Assembly: GCA_951406725.2 (NCBI GenBank)
Contig: OX597815.1
Coordinates: 194,432,001-194,496,000 of the forward strand
Reading direction: 5' to 3'
Source of the DNA: Octopus vulgaris
Taxonomy: Eukaryota
DNA length: 64,000 nucleotides
Part shown: one piece after another, positions 51,078 to 64,000 of the stretch
Position numbering within the stretch: position 1 is the stretch's first letter
How the letters are laid out: each line of letters begins with the position of its first letter
The notes under the pieces: model-generated
The model's input: the letters and a program-made list of their open reading frames with translations, nothing else
Told to the model about the DNA's origin: nothing
The model's database searches: none
Translations under genes and position numbers: made by a program

Positions 51078-51137
51078 TTCCCATGCCGGGAATCGAACCC
51101 GGGCCGCCTGGGTGAAAGCCAGGAATCCTAACCACTA
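51078..51137 (-). pseudogene. 5'-truncated tRNA-Glu(UUC) copy
   Basis: TAGTGGTTAGGATTCCTGGCTTTCACCCAGGCGGCCCGGGTTCGATTCCCGGCATGGGAA; intact anticodon and T arms, first ~12 nt missing. Confidence 0.88.
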
Positions 51138-51356
51138 TCTGTATACATATATACAATAGAAAAATTTTCGTGCGACGTCTATTTCTGTCTCTTTCTCTTT
51201 TTTTGCCTCTCTTTTGCCTTCCTCTCTCTCTCTTTTTTCCTCTTTAATGCTTTACTTCTTCCTTCGTTTTGAATTTCTATCTATCCTACAGGACGTTCTC
51301 ATTTTCCTTTGCGTTAACCCATGTTAGTATATCTTGCGGCTACACGGCATTTTTGT

Positions 51357-51389
<33 letters not shown>

Positions 51390-51989
51390 ATATTCTAATT
51401 TGTCGTGTTTCTTTCCGTCATTGTCCTATTCGTTCGTTAGCTATTCACAGGGGCTTTTCGCCACTGGCGCCTCCCAAAGTGAACAATATCAGCATTAAAT
51501 GTGCGAAATTGTAATGATCATTGGACGTTGACTGATGAGGAATTAGCTACGAATTTTCTATTACGCTTTTGTAAGATTTTCTGTATGTTGTGTCTTTGTT
51601 AAATTTATGATGTATGTATGTATATATCTTGTCTCCTCAATGATAACCGCAGCGCTAGATATTTGCGGTTATACTGGAACTTCTATATCTATCAAAAGAA
51701 ATCAACGAGCAAAACTTTTTATACACGCACGAAGAGTTTCCAAGTCTTTCTGAAAATAAATAGTGAGAGCGGATGGCCTAGTGCTTAGGGTGTTGTACTC
51801 ACGATTACAAGGTCGCAATTTCAATTCCTAGACCGGGTGGTGCGTTGTGTTATTGAGCAAAACACTTTATCTTGTATTGCTCTGCCATCACTTCGACACT
51901 TGACACTTGGTACACCGCGCACCCGTTTAGAGAACGTTGATTTGATGGAGAAAGTGAGGTAATGTGCGACACGAACGGGAATCAGCCGT

Positions 51990-52189
51990 TTGGAAACCTC
52001 ATAACATACTTCGATTGTTGAACTATTGAATTTAGAAATATTTTATTGATTTCATTAAAGTTCGATTACTTTGTATATTGATTGTTTGTGTATCCAATTT
52101 CTAATTTTTGCAGACGATATCACTTTTATACTTTATTTGACACGTGAGTAGAACTCCTGTCTGGAAACCTCGTAACATACATAGATTGT

Positions 52190-52233
<44 letters not shown>

Positions 52234-53347
52234 CTCACTTTCAAATGATTTGTGCTGGTATTTCGGTAAAAAGCTAAATACTAATACATCGTCTTCGGCA
52301 GGAGAGTCCAATATATAACCCAACCAAGCTGAATAAAAGAATCAAAAGAATTTTGCCGAAAATTACGATTGAGAGAATTTTTTCTAAACTCATTGTAAAC
52401 GTTATTGTTAAATTTAAAATAAAAATTATCCTCCACGAAAAACCAATAAGCCATCTCTACTCATTTTTTTCAAATAAATACATATATCTACTACATATGT
52501 GGAAATTCGGTGTGTGCTTGTTTGTGGCGTTGTTAGCTAACTCCTCCTATATCGTTTTATTGATTTTGATGAAACTTAACACGTAAGTAGAACTCATGTC
52601 CGGAAATCTCGTGACATACTTAGATTGTTGAAAAAAATCGATAATACGGCCCCTAGAATGGAACTTTATATGTACCTCATATAACTAATGTTTTTAAACA
52701 CCCAAGGGAAATAACTCACAGCACCTGCACAATATTTTTTTAAAGTACTCAAGGGAAATAAGCCATAGCACCGGCACTTACGGTTGTTAGTTTTTAGCGA
52801 AGCGAAGCGATCAATATTTGATTCGCACGATCAGTGCACTTAATTCTGCATTTCAATTTCACTACTCACAGTTTTCAACTGCTAAACCTTATTATTGTAC
52901 TTTCTTGATGCATGTACACTTTCAATGCCCATAACGCCGATAATTCATCATTTTTCCAGTTAAAATCTTTCGATGACAGTACATAAATTTTTGAATCCAG
53001 AACGTATTTAATAAATGTGTCCCAATACAATGAACTCATACTTTGAATGCTTAAAATTCTTACGAAATGAAACCACATTCAGTTGTGACACCCTGTATGA
53101 CTTATACTTTTTTTACAAATCATAATATTTATTGCTTATTTACAGTTCCTACAACATTTTCATGAAACTTATTGAGCCATTGAATTTAGAAATATTTTAT
53201 TGGTTTCATTGTTAAGGTTCGATTACTTTGTATATTGATTTTTTTGTGTATCTAATTTTTAATTTTTGCAGACGATATAATTTTTATACTTTATTTGACA
53301 CGTGAGTAGAACTCCTGACTGGAAACCTCATGGCATACTTAGATTGT

Positions 53348-53352
<5 letters not shown>
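51990..53352 (+). mobile_element. Helitron-like fragments with ~190-bp internal direct repeats (52020-52192 / 53175-53350)
   Basis: A|TCTACTACATAT start at 52487 with TGATTTTGATGAAACTT motif; GTAGAACTC...GGAAA...CATACTTAGATTGTTGA repeated 3-4 times. Confidence 0.5.
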
Positions 53353-53390
<38 letters not shown>

Positions 53391-53393
<3 letters not shown>

Positions 53394-53680
53394 GAGGCAC
53401 ATGGCCTAGTGGTTGAGCAGCAGACACGCGGGTTCGAATCTCAGGCCGTGTCATATGTGTGTTTATGAGCGAAACACCTAAGCTTCACGAGGCTCCGGCA
53501 GAAGGTAATGGCGAACTTCTGACTCTTTCTCCACAATTTTCTCTCACCCTTTCCTCGTGCATCGATCAGCTTACCTGCGACGGACCGGCGTTGCTTTCAG
53601 GTGGGGAACCTATACGCCAATGAAATCGGGAGACCGGCCCATATGAACCAGGCATGGCTTGAAAAGAAACAAACAACGAC
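53391..53680 (+). mobile_element. SINE family 4
   Basis: Matches 47821-48128. Confidence 0.85.
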
Positions 53681-53714
53681 AATGTATATTTATATATATG
53701 TATGTATGCATATA

Positions 53715-53915
53715 TACTCTTTTACACTTTTACTTGTTTCAGTCATGTGACTGTGGCCATGCTGGAGCATTACCTTTTAGGCGAGAAAATCGACCCCTGG
53801 ACATTCTTTGTAAGCCTAGTACTTATTCTATTGGTCTCTTTTGCCGAACCGCTACGTTACGGGGGCGTAAACAGACCAGCATCGATTGTCAAACGATGTT
53901 GGTGGGACAAACATA

Positions 53916-53987
<72 letters not shown>

Positions 53988-53989
53988 TA

Positions 53990-54023
<34 letters not shown>

Positions 54024-54183
54024 CGACAAACCTCTTTCAGTTTCCGTCTACCAAATTCACTCGCAAGGCTTTGGTCGACCCGAAGGAATATAAGACACTT
54101 GCCAAGCTGACACGCAGTGGGACTGAACCCGGAACCATGTGGTTGGTAAGCAAGCTACTTACCGCACAGCCACTCCTACGCCT
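53715..54183 (-). mobile_element. SINE family 1
   Basis: Matches family consensus. Confidence 0.88.
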
Positions 54184-55061
54184 GAAATATCCCAAACAAA
54201 TCTAATCAAAGGGGAGGAAAAATAAAAAAGACCACGTGAGATGGCCTTTCATGAATAGTTTTATTTGCTAAGCTCCCTCAACTTCTTGCCCTAAAAAGAG
54301 GTTAAAGGCCTTCTAATCACCGATGGTGTGTTATGGATATAACTCTTATTGATGTTGTCGAGCCAGTTCTGATGAAAAGCGTTCCAACCGTGACTTACCC
54401 ATCATTTGTTCAGACGGAGTAGTATATCGAGCATTACATCATCCAGTGTAGACTTCCGTTTCTAATACGGCGGTGTGGGATCTAAGGAGGTTTTGACTGA
54501 CATTTCTAGCAAGTTGAGTGAGCGGATTCATGCCCGGTACATATTTTAATGGTGGCGATAGCGATCTAGGTTCAATATAGGATAATTCTCTATCATTTTC
54601 GACATCTCTGTCACAGTAAAATTTTATTTATTACGGGCAATTCTGATTTATATAATACTTCAAAGTGGGTGTTCAGAATTCCTAGATCTCTTATTCCTGC
54701 CTTTACAAAGTAATGTCATCTCATCAAAACTTAATGTTATAAAGAATGATGATATCGTTAAACCATAGTCAGAGAAACTCTCCTAACTATTGTTATGTAA
54801 ATTGATGATGTCTTTATGTCAACATGATGTCAGACAAATCTACAGTATCTTAATACACTCGGAGTAGTGATGGATATTTCATTTCTCCATGATGCTAGAT
54901 AAAGTTTTAAAGAGCTTATTGTATTATGAAGTATAGAAGTATATTTAAATTTAAATATATCGAGAAAATAAATCACTTCTTATATAAACATCTTCTGACA
55001 GAATCATATTCATTGTTTAGCAACAAGTGCGGAAATAGAATTCTGCGTGTGTGTGTTTTTG

Positions 55062-55111
55062 TGTATGCATATATATATACATATATATACATATATATAC
55101 ATATACATATA

Positions 55112-55149
<38 letters not shown>

Positions 55150-55166
55150 CATACATATATATATAC

Positions 55167-55197
<31 letters not shown>

Positions 55198-55426
55198 CAT
55201 ATATACATATATATATACATATATATATATATATACATATATATATACATATATATATATACATATATATGTATATATACATATATATATATACATATAT
55301 ATGTATATATACATATATATATACATACATATATATATACATACATATATATATATACATATATATGTATATATACATATATATATACATACATATATAT
55401 ATACATACATATATATGTATATATAC

Positions 55427-55465
<39 letters not shown>

Positions 55466-55880
55466 CGTACATATATATATATACGTACATATATATATAC
55501 GTACATATATATATATATATACATATATTCATATACACATACATATATTCATATATACATATATATATGAATATATATATATATACATATATTCATATAC
55601 ACATATATTCATATATATATATATACATATATTCATATACACATATATTCATATATATATATATATACATATATTCATATACACATATATTCATATATTC
55701 ATATACACATATATTCATATATATATATATACATATATTCATATACACATACATATATTCATATACACATACATATATTCATATACACATACATATATAC
55801 ATATATATACACACATATATATATATATGTATGTATGCATGTCTATACATGTATGTGAGTATATGTAAGTATGTATGTAT
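55062..55880. repeat. ~800-bp TA-based microsatellite with higher-order units (ACATATATTCATATAC)
   Basis: Directly visible. Confidence 0.95.
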
Positions 55881-56099
55881 GATATGAAAATATGGGTACG
55901 CTCTTCTACTTCCACCCTACTACTTCATCATTGAATGTTATTCTATCAGAAATTGTCTGTTTATACAGTAAATGATTTATATTTTTCGATATATCTGAAC
56001 ATACAATGTGACTCGGATGCAGCTTTTTACTCTACCCTTCCATGTGATATATGGATTTATGTTCAGCACATGTATAAATATGTATATGTATACACAGAC

Positions 56100-56192
<93 letters not shown>

Positions 56193-56200
56193 AAGGCCCA

Positions 56201-56572
56201 AGAGTGGGTGTGTGGTAAGTAGCTCGCTAACCAACCACATGGTTCCGGGTTCAGTCCCACTGCGTGGCATCTTGGCCAAGTGTCTTCAGCTATAGCCCCG
56301 GGCCGACCAATGCCTTGTGAGTGGATTTGGTAGACGGAAACTGAAAGAAGCCTGTCGTATATATGTATATATATGTGTGTATGTATGTGTGTGTCTGTGT
56401 TTATCCCCCCTAGCATTGCTTGACAACCGATGCTGGTGTGTTTACGTCCCCGTCACTTAGCAAAGGAGACCGATAGAATAAGCACTGGGCTTACAAAGGA
56501 TAAGTCCCGGGGTCGATTTGCTCGACTAAAAGGCGGTGCTCCAGCATGACCGCAGTCAAAGAGAAAAAAAGA

Positions 56573-56575
<3 letters not shown>
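56201..56575 (+). mobile_element. SINE family 1
   Basis: Matches family consensus. Confidence 0.9.
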
Positions 56576-56629
<54 letters not shown>

Positions 56630-56647
56630 TATATATTTATGCATATA

Positions 56648-57852
56648 CAGGGGTTGGACAAAATAATGGAAACACCTAGCATCATAGCATCATAATTTTG
56701 GAATATCTATAAAACTGTCAAAAGCTTGCTTATTGTTATGTTTTTTTATCTATTATTAGTGTTGCTTGATATGTTTTGCTAAAATTGCTGTTTTGTTTTC
56801 AGATATCGTCAGAATAAGGTAATTAAAAGTCATTAAAATGACTGTTCTATCGGACTTTCAAATTGTTGGTGCTCGTATGGCAGGCGCTAGCGTAATGAAA
56901 AACAGTTGAAATCTTTGGTGTATCAAGAAGTACTGTCTCGAAAGTAATGACAGCCTTTGAGAAAGAGGGAAAAAACCTCCCCGTCGAAAAAAAACTCCAG
57001 AAGAACACCAAAACTTTCAGATAGTGAGCGTCGGACTCTTACGCGAATGGTTAGAAAGGATCACAAAAGTATAGCTCCCCAAATTATTGCAAAGCTTAAT
57101 GTCCACCTTGAGAACCCAGTTTCCTCAAAAACTGTTCGCCGGGAGCTGCACACAGCCGGATTTCACGGGAGTGCTGCAATCAGAAAATCAAACGTTGTAA
57201 GGCGTTTAGAGTGGAATAAAAACCTACAGAATTGGTCCCTAGACAAGTGGAAGAATTTTATTTTCTCGGGCGAGTCATCCTTTACCTTATTTCCGACTAC
57301 CGACCGAGTATATGTGTGGAGACAGCCAAAAGAAGCATTGGACTCAGACTGCCTTCTCCCAACTGTTAAACACGGAAGATCCGTGATGATCTGGGGGGCT
57401 ATATCTTGGAAATCCGCCGCCCCAATGGTTTCCCTTCATGGCAGAATTAATAGTCAAAACTAAATATTTTATCTGATCAAATTCATCCTATGGTTGCGGA
57501 ACTGTTTTCGGAGGGAAACGCAATCTTTCCGGATGATAATGCATCAATTCACACAGCTAAATTTGTTACTGAATGGCACGAGGAACATTCTAGTGAAGTT
57601 GAACATCTTATCTGGCCACCACAGTTCCCAGATCTCAATATTATTGAACAGTTATGGTGCATTTTAGAAAAACAAGTAAGGAGTGGATATCCTCCACCAT
57701 CATTACTACAATAACTGGAGACTGTTTTAGCAGAAGAATGGACAAAAATTCCTTTGGGAACAATTCAGACTTTGTACTAGTCGATACCTCGTAGTCCTCA
57801 AGCTGTAATTGCTGCCAAGGGCGGTGCTACCCCATAATTTGTCCAACCCCTG
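56648..57852 (+). mobile_element. Near full-length decayed Tc1-like transposon
   Basis: TIRs CAGGGGTTGGACAAA; ORF pieces with WKNFIFSGESSF, SVMIWGAI, DDNASIH and WPPQFPDLNIIEQLW; stops and frameshifts. Confidence 0.93.
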
Positions 57853-57864
57853 TGTATATATATA

Positions 57865-58070
57865 TATGCATATAAATATGATATGCATGTATACATACAT
57901 ATATGCACATACCTACATCTATATGTATATATACATGCATATATGGGTACAGGACATAAGAAAAACGTTGAACCTGTACCCATATATGCATGTATATATA
58001 CATATAGATGTAGGTATGTACATGTAGGTATGTACATATATGTATGTATATATATGCATATATTTATATA
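57865..58070. repeat. AT-rich foldback element related to 61930-62020
   Basis: ...GCATATATGGGTACAGG / CCTGTACCCATATATGC... inverted arms. Confidence 0.75.
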
Positions 58071-58118
58071 TTATCTATATTATATGATCGAACGCCACGC
58101 ATCCTTTTCCAAGTAAGT

Positions 58119-58150
<32 letters not shown>

Positions 58151-58454
58151 TACTCATACACGCACACATATACATACACACGCACACACACACACACTCA
58201 TACATATGCAGACACACATACACGCAAACATGCATATGGACACACACACAAACAATGCACAGAACACTGGTAGAGTCTATCTGAATAGTTAAATTTGTTT
58301 TTGGGCAAATGGAAACTGCACAGAAGCCCATCGAGTCGATTGTACGTATAATTCAAAGTTAGGACCTTGTCTCGCGAGTTAATTCTGCCTACGAATTACA
58401 TAAAGAGTTCACGAGTCTGCGGAATACTCAACCAGTTACATTTGTTCTATCAAA

Positions 58455-58745
58455 CCCTCGGTTACGATGATAAGAATTCCAGTCGACCCGATCAACAGAA
58501 TAGTCTACTCGTAAAATTAATGTGTGACTGGCTGAGTACCCCACAGACACGCGAACCCTTTCTCAGGGGGGATTTAGCTTTACGCAGAATGTGACAAGGC
58601 TGGTCGTTTGGATTACTCATTTTTGCCAGCTGAGTGGACAGGAGCAACGTGAAATAAAGTGTCTCGCTCAAGGACGCAATGCACCGCCGGAAATCGAACT
58701 TCCGATCTTTTCGATCGTGGGCCGAATATCGTAATCACTAAGCCG
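58455..58745 (-). mobile_element. Hybrid SINE (CORE-like head + family-3 tail)
   Basis: Domain matches to 33278-33539 and 24361-24737. Confidence 0.7.
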
Positions 58746-58819
58746 TTAATCACTTGCTTGTTAATCCAGGAGTAATTCAGTTGATTGAACAAATGAATCC
58801 TCCTCGTTAAACGACGCAG

Positions 58820-59160
58820 AACCATCACGACCACCACGCCCTCAACTACTACCATCACCACTATCACTATCACCACCACCACTACTACCACTGCTGCTAC
58901 AGCTACTACCACCACCACCACCACCACTACCATCACCACAACCACTGCTGTTACAGCTACTACCACCACCACCACCACCACCACTACTATTACCACCACC
59001 ACTACCATCACCACAACCACTGCTGTTACAGCTACTACCACCACCACCACCACTACTACTATACCACCACCACCACCACCACCACTACAACCACTGCTGT
59101 TACAGCTACTACCACCATCACCACCACTACTACTACCATCACTACCACCACCACCACTAC
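58820..59160. repeat. (ACC/ACT)n microsatellite with higher-order unit ACCACTGCTGTTACAGCTACT
   Basis: Directly visible. Confidence 0.9.
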
Positions 59161-59244
59161 TTTCCCTTTCCATCACCTCTTCGTCAGACTTTTATTTGAT
59201 GTATATTATTAGTTTCTCGAAATATGAAGATTTATTTGCTTTAG

Positions 59245-59296
<52 letters not shown>

Positions 59297-59721
59297 TATT
59301 ATTTTAAGGGTAAATGGTAGTAAAATGCTGTTCGATTTATCCTAGCTACAATTAAGAGTGAATTTTATTATTCAATCCAATATCACTTTCTTATGTGAGT
59401 ATTTGTATAAACCCGACACACGTCACTTGATTTTCCTTTCTCCTACTCTAAGAGGACGGATCTAAGCATTTAAACAATATTTATTGCTACACAATATACA
59501 GTCTGTAAAATTGTTTGATTACCGGTAAGTATGATTACTTATGAAGCACACATTAATATCTATATCTATTTATCTATCTATCTATCCATCCATCTGTCTG
59601 TCCGTCTATCTATCTGTCTGTCCGTCTATCCGTCTGTCTGTCCGTCTATCTATCCGTCTGCCCGTCTGTCTGTCTATCCGTTTATCTATCCGTCCGTCCG
59701 TCCGTCCGTCTGTCTGTTTGT

Positions 59722-59973
59722 CCTTCCTTCGTAAATGCCTGAGAGACCTGCATGGTGTGGATGTGGGCTTAAACACAATCTCTTCTTGTCAGAGGTTACG
59801 GATGAACCTACCTCTCAGCAAGAAACACAGATGCGGGCAGCGGCATCGAACACCCTTGTTGACCAAGTGTCACGTATCAGAGGTGGTTTCACATACTAGT
59901 GTAGCACAGTCAACGGTGGTGCCCCAGCCTGGCCGCAGCTTTCGGGCTGAAACAATTTTAAGGATTTAAGGAT

Positions 59974-59975
<2 letters not shown>
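59722..59975 (+). mobile_element. CR1/L2-like LINE 3' end
   Basis: Homologous to 18483-18750. Confidence 0.85.
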
Positions 59976-60009
<34 letters not shown>

Positions 60010-60159
60010 GTTTGTCTTTACGAATTTAACCAATTTAACTGAAATATTACTCGGTAGTTTTTAGTTGGGTATATATTAATTACAAAGAAAACATTGATTG
60101 TGACCTCGAAGTTTTGGCTTGTTCACTGTTACCCATTTCCTTGTGTACGTGTGTGTGTT

Positions 60160-61472
60160 CAAATCAGCATGGCTTTCGCTGCGGCGGGGCTGTCTAACGC
60201 AGCTCTTACACCACGTCGATGATGTTCTTAAAGCTTTGGGATCAGGTTCGAACTCTGATGTCGTATATCTTGACTTCAGTAAAGTGTTCAATAGAATCGA
60301 CCACAATATCCTATTGTCATAATTGTTAAATGGTGGAATCCGTGGACAACTATTACAGTAGATTGAGTATTTCCTGGTGAACAGAACAACATGCTGTGTT
60401 CGGTGGAATCCACTGAAGCCCAGCAAAACTCACCAGTGGTGTGCCTTAGTGGACTGTCTTGGCCCGCTTCTCTTTATAGTCTAAAACACACAGCAAAGTA
60501 AAAGTATTCGCTGATGATTCCACTCCAAGCTCTAGAAAATTATCAATCGAAAAGAAGACCGAACTGAACTCCAGTCTGATCTACATGCTGTGAGTGAATG
60601 GGCAAGCAAAAACAAAATGCAACTAAATGGGGGAAAATTTGAACTGAAGCATTTTGGAAGAAAGACAAGGCTAAAACAGTCATACTCTCTTCCTTCCGGG
60701 CGACCACTCACAGCATCAAATGCTATCAGGGACTTATGAGTAATTGTTAATAACAATCTCAGCTAGAGTGCCCACATCAACAATAAATCGATATAACACG
60801 TAGGATGAGCTCCTGGATTCTAAGGACCTTCCGGTCCAGATAGCAAGGTGTCATCATTAATTTTTTCTTCGAGTACTGCTGCCCCCTGTGGTCTTCCATA
60901 CAAAACGAAGCATTTCGAAGATTGAATCACTCCAGAGAACGATTACTAAAATAATTAAGGGCATGACTGATCTTGATTATTGGATCGCCTTAAAGTATTG
61001 AAACTCTATTCTCTCCAGCGCCGCCGCGATCAATACATCATTTGCACGATGTGGAGACTATACCATCAGCATTGCCCAAACGATCTCAACATTAGCTTCA
61101 AAATTCATCTAAGTCTAGGACCAAGGGCAACACATTCCCTATCTAATTCAAGATCACAACACATAAATACACTGCAATACAATTTCTGTTCTTTATTAGG
61201 TCCTGTCATATTCAACATTGTTCCGAAACAAATCAAAGAGGAAAAGGATCCCATTACATTTAAACGGAATCTAGACAAATTTCTTTAAGGGATAACAGAT
61301 AAACCAAATATACCTGGATACAATTCCTTTAACAAGAGCTCCCTACTCGAAGGGACCATGATGCCACAAAACTTGACTTAAAAAGAATTTAGCTAATCCT
61401 ATTAGTAGGTGTTCTTAAGTTAGACATGGACTGGACCCATCTTTGGTCGAAATATATCTAAGTTATCTAAGT
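60160..61472 (+). mobile_element. 5'-truncated decayed CR1/L2-group LINE (RT domain to 3' end)
   Basis: QHGFR...CLTQLL...VYLDFSKVFNRIDH, SGVP, VFADD, LKLYSLQRRRD; multiple stops. Confidence 0.92.
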
Positions 61473-61737
61473 CAGTGCTTCTCAAACTACCTGATGTGCC
61501 GTACCGGCAGTTATGTTTTCCATTGTGCCAGGGACTGGTAATATTAATTTATACTAGAAACAATATATATAATGAATATAATAAAAATTGACAACTTGTT
61601 TTATCTTACATTTATTTTACAAGTATTTTATAAGCATTTTCTAATGTTTCTTTCTTTTCTGGAAACCCGGTGCATACCAGCAGCTGATGGCTCGTGGACC
61701 AGTACCGGTCTGCTGCCTACCGCTTTGAGTAGCACTG
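61473..61737. mobile_element. hAT-type MITE, 8-bp TSD ATCTAAGT
   Basis: TIR CAGTGCTTCTCAAA...TTTGAGTAGCACTG; TSD at 61465-61472 and 61738-61745. Confidence 0.9.
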
Positions 61738-61764
61738 ATCTAAGTTTATATATATATATATATA

Positions 61765-62018
61765 TCCTTCGAAACGTAGAGTAGATGAAACCTTAGCGAC
61801 TGAAGAAGGGGTTTTTTCGTTGTGGTAACTGTCCTGTACTCCATTTTTTGTTGTTTCTAAAAAAATGTCCTGTTCCTTTGGTTTGTGTCTATGTTTTCGT
61901 TTCTCTATGTGTTCGACGTCCCTTTGGTGTCCTGTACTCATATATGCGTGTATATGTACATGTAGAGGTAGGTACGTACATATATGTTTATATATATGCA
62001 TATGTTTTATTTCTTTTA

Positions 62019-62020
<2 letters not shown>
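61765..62020 (+). mobile_element. Penelope-like fragment between TA tracts, possibly the 3' half of a hammerhead
   Basis: Begins CCTTC-GAAAC-GTA; related to the 57865-58070 hairpin. Confidence 0.4.
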
Positions 62021-62057
<37 letters not shown>

Positions 62058-62224
62058 CAATATAATGTAAACAGCTAGCATAATATAATACCATCAAGGA
62101 AAAATTCTATTGTCTCTAATTGTGAGTGAGTGTGCTGAAGCACCTATATTGCAATTTTGTTTCTGGCAATATAGGTTCTTCGGCCCCCACCTTCCTCACA
62201 AGTAATGACGATAACATTTTTTCC

Positions 62225-62276
<52 letters not shown>

Positions 62277-62394
62277 TCGTTACATGTGGCAAAAACAATA
62301 CCAGTTGGAAGACAGTAGCAATCTGTATATCATACCTAAAGCAGATGCATTGTTCAGCTTAAAGTATAATATACAGATTACCATTATATGTGTG

Positions 62395-62428
<34 letters not shown>

Positions 62429-62711
62429 TATGTATGTATGAAGAGTGAGGAAGAGAAAGAGAGAGAGAGACAATGTGAGCGGAAGAATTTTGCTGTACTG
62501 AATTATTTATTCTAACAATAGCTTAATTATAAAGGGAGATATGCAAAGAACAAGGTCCGACAGCACCCATTTAAAACTTTCTATGTGTTCAACTAACCTG
62601 TTAAAAATACCAGATCCCCAAAGCCTGAAAGTTAAGTCTGTCACTAAAGAAAAGAAAGAAACGGAAGCATGCGTCGGATTTAGTAATTTTAAATATACTA
62701 TACATGATTAG

Positions 62712-62998
62712 GTGGAGTTGCCCAGTGGTTAGAGCAGCGGCTCGCGGTCGAGGGATCGCGGGTTCGATTCTCAGACCGAGCGATGTGTGTGTTTATGAGC
62801 GAAACACCTAAGCTCCACGCGGCTACGGCAGAAGGTAATGGCGAACTTCTACTGACTCTTTCGCCACAACTTCTTCTGACTCTTTCTTCCTGCATCTTGC
62901 AGCTCACCTGCGACGGACCTGCGTCCCGTCCAGGTGGGGAACCTATACGCCAAGGAAACCGAGAAACCGGCCCCTATGAGCCAGGAAGGAACAAACAG
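62712..62998 (+). mobile_element. SINE family 4, TSD ATACATGATTAG
   Basis: TSD on both sides. Confidence 0.9.
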
Positions 62999-64000
62999 CA
63001 TACATGATTAGAACGATTTTGAGGATACTTTCATTGTTGCTGAGTAGGTTTGGGCCTAAACAAGGAGATTACATAACAGAAAAAACTTTATAACACGCTT
63101 TTATACATATTTCTCGTTAGCCAGCTCTTAGCTTGCCTCTTAATTCTCTTAACCATCATAAATTTGCCTTAATGATGCACAGGTACACCAGACAGATTGG
63201 TAATGTAATGTAATGATGCTTACAGCCTAATTTTAGATGTAAACATTTGCAGACAAGACATAAATGAATTTTCTGTGAATTAAAAATGGGCTTGGTAATA
63301 ACATTAGTCAAAGTTTGTGTAATATATGTGAATGTGTTCTTCAGTTCTCTTATCCAATTATTTACTAAGGCGATAGGAAAAACAGACGAAATCGATATAC
63401 GTAGAAAAATACTTATAGAAGCGGCCAGGAGAGTAGAGACACTTGAAAACGTTACCTTTCATATTTTTGCGTTCAATAAAATAGAAATTTATACTATATA
63501 TATACAAAGTTCTAATTCATCCTTAATATATTTCCTTCTATAAAAGGGCAATTTCGCGTCTGTATAACAAATAAAGGTAAAAGGAACCAGAGACATATAA
63601 CCGCCTGAAAAACAAGTCTGTCGGACGAAGTGGTTTATAGTATTTACTGCATCTAAATTGGCTCAAATGGACCTCTGGGGCGTATTTTATTTGCTATCTT
63701 TCTATTGTCGATAAAATAAGTAGATTATTTTGACTCTTTCCCTGCTTTCTAGAATCTATCCTGTTTAACTAGCAAAATCAATAAAAGAGAGTATAAACAG
63801 TAATTGCTGTCGTAAGAAACAACACACGGTACTATAAAAATTACTTTAAACTGAAATCGTATCTCATAAAACAAAAGAAAAGAACAGAACTTAAAATAAA
63901 ACTTTGACGAAGTTTACGAGATGTACTTCGCTAAGAGCGGAAACGAAAAGTAATCAATAATAACAGTATTGTCTTTTATTTTCGGATCATTCTCTATATA

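Noticed and set aside
51528-51560. CTGATGAGG possible hammerhead (similar hits at 38909, 54369, 59178 and 24767)
   Set aside because: No matching stem II + GAAAC + NUH
54926-55887. Long ORFs (up to 278 aa) of YI/HT repeats, also at 9.5-10.2 kb and 43.7 kb
   Set aside because: Translation of TA/CA microsatellites, which lack stop codons
56957-57714. Tc1 and mariner ORFs as active transposases
   Set aside because: All are interrupted by stops, frameshifts or deletions
58613-59176. 187-aa Gly/Val-rich ORF
   Set aside because: Trinucleotide repeat plus SINE

Overview
AT-rich, repeat-saturated eukaryotic DNA. It is most likely an octopus (coleoid cephalopod), inferred from the tRNA-derived SINE families and the very dense (TA)n/(CA)n/(TATC)n microsatellites. 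No intact protein-coding gene is visible, and nearly all ORFs in the track are microsatellite or SINE artefacts. The window holds about 35 SINE copies in 5-6 families, decayed Tc1/mariner elements, hAT- and Merlin/Mutator-like MITEs, Helitron pieces, CR1/L2-, RTE- and R4/Dong-type LINE fragments, a truncated tRNA-Glu fused to a LINE tail, and a possible multi-exon pseudogene (about 21.9-40.4 kb). The most notable signal is about 13 minimal hammerhead-ribozyme motifs, intact or degenerate, in about 7 short non-coding element types. These elements sit mostly in or beside (TA)n tracts, and several are foldback hairpins. One is a 352-nt tandem monomer whose inverted copy starts at the predicted self-cleavage site, which points to a Penelope-like/retrozyme-type system of non-autonomous self-cleaving RNAs. 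All calls were made by eye, with no database search or folding software.
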